Source of the DNA: Octopus vulgaris
Lineage: Eukaryota
Assembly: GCA_951406725.2 (NCBI GenBank)
Contig: OX597837.1
Location: forward strand, 44,950,001 to 45,014,000
Reading direction: 5' to 3'
Length of the DNA stretch: 64,000 nt
Shown in pieces: positions 58,007 through 64,000 of this stretch; position 1 is the stretch's first letter, and every line of letters starts with the position of its first letter. The position numbers and the translations under genes are program-made. A model generated the notes under the pieces. The model was not told where the DNA came from. It made no database searches and worked only from the letters and a program-made list of their open reading frames with translations.

Positions 58007-58345
58007 CAGTGGTGGAAAAACGAACACCGATGTTGAACTATTGAGAAACCTTCCAGAAGTTTATCATTTAAATATATATGAACATGTCTAGATATGCAAC
58101 TACATGCATGAGAATGCATTTATGAAACATACAAATCTGCACATACATACATACATACATACATACATACATACATACATACATACATACATACATACAT
58201 ACATACATACATACAAACAAACAAAAACATCTTGTTGTTGATCTTGAAATTCCAGTGAAGGAGTCTTGGATCTAGGTTAGAAACCGGTTCTTTCTCTATT
58301 GGTAAGAAATCTTGAAATAATACTAAATAATGACATACATACATG
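58007..58345 (+). mobile_element. Short internally deleted copy of the 25953-27100 RLE LINE 3' end
   Basis: 58007-58048 matches 26327-26367 and is joined to sequence matching 26548-27100, including the internal (CATA)n. CATA repeats flank both sides. Confidence 0.88.
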
Positions 58346-58669
58346 CATGCATGCATGTATGCATTAGGCAAATTTTCGAAGCATGTGAATGTTTCTGCAG
58401 GAAGGAAGTATCCATTAGCATTCATTCAAATAAATATTTTAAGCCAGTTAACCATGTTTGGCGTACTTTAAGCTAACACATTTTATTGCTTACTCTCACT
58501 CACACACATCTACCAACACACAACACACACCAGCATCTACAACCCCCCCCCCCATACACATATGTACAGTCACATACGAACACTCATGCATATTATCAGG
58601 TACATACACATGCACATAATTTTGTATGTATCTATGCATGTTTTATGATATAGAGAAATGCATGTCAGA

Positions 58670-58764
58670 TTATCTATCTATCTATCCATCTATCTATCTA
58701 TCTATCCATGTGTCAGTGTTTCTATCTATCTATCTATCTATCTATCTATCCATGTGTCAGTGTT

Positions 58765-58818
<54 letters not shown>

Positions 58819-59000
58819 CATGTGTCAGTGTTTCTATCTATCTATCTATCTATCTATCTATCCATGTGTCAGTGTTTCTATCTATCCATCTATCTATCTA
58901 TCCATGTGTCAGTGTTTCTATCTATCTATCTATCTATCTATCCATGTGTCAGTGTTTCTATCTATCCATCTATCTATCTATCTATCCATGTGTCAGTGTT

Positions 59001-59038
<38 letters not shown>

Positions 59039-59105
59039 CATGTGTCAGTGTTTCTATCTATCCATCTATCTATCTATCTATCCATGTGTCAGTGTTTCTA
59101 TATAT
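58670..59105. repeat. Minisatellite: CCATGTGTCAGTGTT spacer plus variable (TCTA)n, 9 units
   Basis: Spacer at about 58706, 58750, 58818, 58862, 58902, 58942, 58986, 59038 and 59082. Confidence 0.95.
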
Positions 59106-59188
59106 CTACCTATCTATCTATCTATCTATTTACCTCTCTCTCCCTCTATCTATCTATCTATCTATTTACCTCTCTCTCCCTCTATCTA

Positions 59189-59235
<47 letters not shown>

Positions 59236-59358
59236 ATCTGTCAGTATGTCTGTCTATCTATCTTATCTATCTATCATATCTAGCTAGCTAGCTAGGTAGT
59301 TATCTGTCTGTCTCTCTGTCTCGCTCTCGCTCTCTCTCTCTCTCTATCTCTCTATCTC

Positions 59359-59398
<40 letters not shown>

Positions 59399-59924
59399 AT
59401 CTATCTATCTATATTCTTGAATATGCATCAATGTAATAGATCGTTATGTTCACGGTAAACAGCGTGTGTGAGAGCATATATGCATATCTGTGTGTGTTGA
59501 CAAGTAGATAGATATGTGTGTGTGAGTATTTGCGAATGATCCAGGTATGTAAGTAACCAATGTGTGTGTGTGTATGTGTGTGCAGTGTGTGTGTGCAGTG
59601 TGTGTGTGCAGTGTGTGTGTGTACTTTCATAATTGTGTTAAGTAAGTATGAATCTATGTAATGTGTTTCTAATACAGAAAAAATATGGGGAAAAAAAATA
59701 AAAATAATAATAGTATAACGCAAGAAAAAATATATAAATCGGTGATGTGAGAAGGCATGAAACAATATCGATCACAATGTTAAAGCAGCAAATAAACTGT
59801 ATCGATCACACGGGCAACTAACTCATTTCATACGCCACGCTTCATTACATTCTATCATAGACACTCTCTGTCACTCTTCGCAGTTTCGTTCTGGTTTTCT
59901 TATTGTTGTTTTCATTCCTGCGGA

Positions 59925-60320
59925 GCGATGTGTGTGTGTGTATGTGTGTGTGTGAGCAGTGCGTGTGTATGTGCTGTGTGTGTGTGTGTACAGCGTGTGT
60001 GTGTGTGCAGTGTGTGTGTGTGTACGTGTAGTGTGTGTGTGTGTCTGTAGTCTGTATGTGTGCAGTGTGTGTGTGTGTGTATGTGTGTGTCTATGTGTGT
60101 GCAGTGTGTGTGTGTGCAGTGTGTATGTGTGCAGTATGTGTGTGCAGTGTGTATGTGTAAAGTGTGTGAGTGTGTGTGTGTGTGAGTGTGTGTATGTATG
60201 TGCAGTGTGTATGTGTGCAGTGTGTATGTGTTCAGTGTCTGTGTGTGTAGTGTGTGTGTGTTCAGTGTCTGTGTGTGCAGTGTATGTGTGTGTGCAGTGT
60301 ATGTGTGTGCGTGTGTGTGT
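59925..60320. repeat. (TG)n tract punctuated by CAG
   Basis: Recurrent GTGTGCAGTGT units, also at 59570-59620. Confidence 0.85.
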
Positions 60321-60627
60321 GCTTTGTGCGCATATATATGAATGGGTGTGTAAATATATGTATGCATATAGTTATAAATACTTCTATGCTTACACTCCCA
60401 TATACACACATACATACACACAATTTACACATATTTACTCACACTTACGGCATGGTAAAATACTAAATATATGAATGAATATATATATATGTGTGCGTAT
60501 GTGTTTGTGTGTGTATGTGTACCTGTATGAACCAGTACATATAAGTCCACACACGCACAGATATGTAGATATCTATATATACATACAGATATATACATAT
60601 GTATATGCAGAAGCATACATACATATG

Positions 60628-60688
<61 letters not shown>

Positions 60689-61456
60689 GTGTGCATGTGT
60701 GTGTGTGTGTGTGTGCTTGTATATCTCTCTAATACTGTAAATAAACAACCTTAAAGATAATATTCTGTATCTGGCATACAAATTGCTTCTCATACATGAT
60801 GAAAACCAACGTCTTTCTCAAGACATTAGGATGTGTCGGGAAGAATTTGGCTAGTTATTTCTAGCTTGAGTAGATTGACTGCGAAAGTCTTGAAGCTGAG
60901 GCTTCTCTTTTTAGGCTTCTACGTAGTCTCCGTTAGTTGTATACCAAACACAACCTTGTCGAACGTCATCTTACTTTTAAAAACTATATCATGTGAGATC
61001 TAAAATCTAGCTAATCGCTAATTTTAGCAGCCCGAAAGACCCTTCTGAGGGTCTAGAGTCGTTAACTGTCTGAATTCAAATTGAATGTGGTTGAACAGAC
61101 CTAGGATAAAAAGCGTTTCTGCCGTAACCGTCGCATCTATTACCTAGTATGTCCTTTCTTTACGTTAGTAGGACGCCTTTTTGTATATCAGGTGTAATTT
61201 CTGAGAGAATTTTCGCTGTTATCTCATGGAAATTTTTAATCTGTAGATGTTTGATTTGAAAAAATGGTTGGCTGCTAAATCTCGCAACCGGAATAAGAGA
61301 AGCAGCGATTCCATCGTCGGATTAGTCCGATTAGATTTAATCCAGCAGAATTCGGATAAAAGACGCCGACTATCCTGATATCCTGATTATCCTGTCTTTT
61401 AGTAAATCAAGACTACATTATCCAGTGTATTCTCGCTATGTCTGTTCGTGTACATA

Positions 61457-61487
<31 letters not shown>

Positions 61488-61495
61488 ATATATAT

Positions 61496-61559
<64 letters not shown>

Positions 61560-61854
61560 TACATATATACCTATATATATATGAGTGTATATATATGCAT
61601 ATATATATACACACACACATAATAATCCTATATATATATGTATGTATATATATATATTTATATATATATTTATATATATATACATATATATATATATATA
61701 CACATATATATACATATATATATACATATATATACCTATATATATATATACATACATACATAAATACATACATACATACATACATACATACACACACATA
61801 TATATATATATATATATGCATACATATATATATACCTACATATGGAAATATATA

Positions 61855-62000
61855 CACTTTCTGTCTAGAAAATCCACTCACGGTGCTTTAGTCGGCCCGG
61901 GGCTATAGTAGAGGACACTTGCCTAAGGTACCACGCAGTGGGACTAATCCTGGAACCATGTGGTTGGGAAGCAAGCTTCATACCACACAGCCATACCTGT
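61855..62000 (-). mobile_element. Family A SINE 5' half
   Basis: AATCCACTCAC...GGCTATAGTAGAGGACACTTGCC.AAGG..CCACGCAGTGGGACT...GGAACCATGTGGTTGG. Confidence 0.88.
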
Positions 62001-62064
62001 TTAAATGATTTTTACACTTTGATATGGTTGAAATCACTTCCAGCAAGCTTTTAAATCATCAAAT

Positions 62065-62605
62065 GATAAAAAAAGCTGCAAGTGTAATGGATAAGATCCC
62101 TGGTGAGCTTGTTAAATATGTATGCGAAGCCACAGAGACATCGCTTATGAAATTTCATTACATGATGTGTTACGATTAGAGATACTAGACCAGTGGAAAA
62201 ACATCGGTCGTTTGTAGAGCTGACAGAAATGTTTGATAGTATTATTGATTGCTTAAACTCGAAGAGAATCTCTCTGCTTGTGTTGAACATCAACCGACTT
62301 TGTTTAACTAAAAGATATGATTTTCAAAGGCCCAAATGCTTTACAATGTAAAATTATTATCGCCATCGAATGCATATTAAATGCAGTAATTAACTTTGTC
62401 GGCTTTTGACATTGTGCACAGCAATGTTATGTTGAAAATCGTTAAAAAGTATGGAATAGATGGAAATTTTGAAACCCTGAAATGGCGTGATGCAAAAGAG
62501 ATAGTACATCCTTAAAATGTACGCTCAAAGGCATACGTAGTGCGTGTGACTAACGGATGTACAGTAGAAGTACGGGACGAACTGAAGCAAGGGCCCTCGC
62601 CTTGG
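62065..62605 (+). pseudogene. Degenerate non-LTR (RTE-like) reverse transcriptase fragment
   Basis: KKAASVMDKIPGELVKY (KA.G.D.IP.EL.K), SAFDIVHSNVMLKIVKKYGIDG (AFD.V....L.K.L..YGI.G) and LKQGPSP (QG..LSP) occur in the expected order, with stops and deletions between them. Confidence 0.7.
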
Positions 62606-62684
62606 CAATCGTTCGTCCAGTGTCATATTTATTTATGAATAGTATGTATGTATGTATGTATGTATGTATTATATATGTATTATG

Positions 62685-62880
62685 ATAGATCGTTAACCGC
62701 TACACACATTTTATTTTCTCTCCTTGTTTCTCTCCTTGTTTTTTCTGTGTCCCTTTCTGTAGAAGAGCGTAGGCTCGAAACGTAAAAGACTTTTTCTATT
62801 CCCGAGCGTTATACTAATACATCTGTTTGTTTTGTACACCACCTGTCTTCGTCTTTTGTTTTTTTCGTAAACTCTCCCTA
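62685..62880 (+). mobile_element. Penelope-type terminal repeat with a hammerhead-like motif
   Basis: CTTT-CTGTAGA-A-GAGC-GTAG-GCTC-GAAA-CGT-A-AAAG at 62753-62788. The downstream part is repeated at 2265-2370, and the element ends at (TA)n. Confidence 0.55.
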
Positions 62881-63939
62881 CATATATATATATATATATA
62901 CATGCATACATACGTTCATATATAACTAAATAAGCATGAGCGGGTTTGTACATGTATGTGCTTGTGTGTGTGTGTGCATATGTTTCCATGTAAGTGTGTG
63001 TGTGATTTCGTGTGTGCATGTGTGTTTCCTTGTGTGTCCTTGTGTATGTGTGTGTGTGTGTGAGCGCACGCGTATGTACGTAATAGTATAGTTCTGGTAA
63101 CCAGACACCTGTATCTTTAAGGTTGATGTTAACTGAAGGCGTTTTATATGGTTTTCGAAACTGAAAACATCAGAAGACGAATTCCAACAATGTCTGATGA
63201 TATTTATATCTGATTAAACACAAGCTCAAGAGTATGGCAGTAGTGAAAAATCAAGTGATGCAATTAAGTGGATGATTCACTCTTTCTCTAAAGTTAATTA
63301 TATCACGTTCAGCAAATATCTAATTCTCTGATTATGAAATTAAATTAAGTTTAATTGGGATACAGGGCGATTCTTGATGAAAATCAGATTTTCTCATAAT
63401 ACAGAGTGCTATCATAAAGTAATTGCGCTAATTGTGCGCTTTGGAACCTTTTCAGATTATTAAGAAGTATTTTACGATATTCCTGCATTTACAGAAAATT
63501 CTCGCTTTCTTTATTGGTATTTGTGGTTCTTAAGAATTAAAGGATATTTTTTTCCGAAGTGCACATTTGCCAGTTGTATTTCATTCTGCACTTTGTGAAT
63601 TTCCAGAAAGAATTTTATTATTTGGTTAGGTTTCCCTTCGGTCTATGTTGCAGAAAGAAGAGTTATTTGAGTTTACAATTCAAGGTTCCGACTCGCAGTT
63701 GGAATATTTTTCGCGATCTTTATATTTTGCGCACACGCTCATCATCGTGAATAATTTATAGGAGGATATCAGAATATGAGCAGCGTTCTCTTTTGCAACA
63801 GCGATTTGCAGCTTTTGATTTCTTGTTTGTTTCTGTTTTGTGATCATACATTTGAAAATTGATATACAAAATATAAAACTGTAATTTCATTCTTTATTAA
63901 TAGTTTTTATTAAATAATTCTTTCCCTCTTTCTCTTTTC

Positions 63940-64000
<61 letters not shown>

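Noticed and set aside
63360-63870. Tc1/mariner-like terminus (TACAGAGTG...)
   Set aside because: No matching second TIR or transposase motif was found in the window.

Overview
Eukaryotic, AT-rich, repeat-saturated non-coding DNA, either intergenic or deep intronic. The SINE families and the extreme (TA/TG/CATA/GATA/ATT/CAT)n density point to an octopod cephalopod genome; this is an inference. I find no credible host protein-coding exon, and almost every ORF in the track is a translated microsatellite. The window contains: (i) several tRNA-derived SINE families built from interchangeable modules, one carrying an internal (TA)n(TG)n tract; (ii) decayed non-LTR retrotransposons, namely restriction-like-endonuclease (RLE) R4/Dong-like pieces abutting (CATA)n or (TAA)n, a HERO-like piece and RTE-like pieces; (iii) a Penelope-like GIY-YIG fragment and Penelope-type ends with hammerhead-like cores; (iv) two hAT/Charlie MITEs with 8-bp TSDs and a 202-bp solo LTR with a 5-bp TSD nested in a SINE; (v) minisatellites, local duplications and hairpins. 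The best candidate 'system' is a retroelement-microsatellite feedback loop, in which elements both carry and land in microsatellites. All family assignments are by eye, without database searches.
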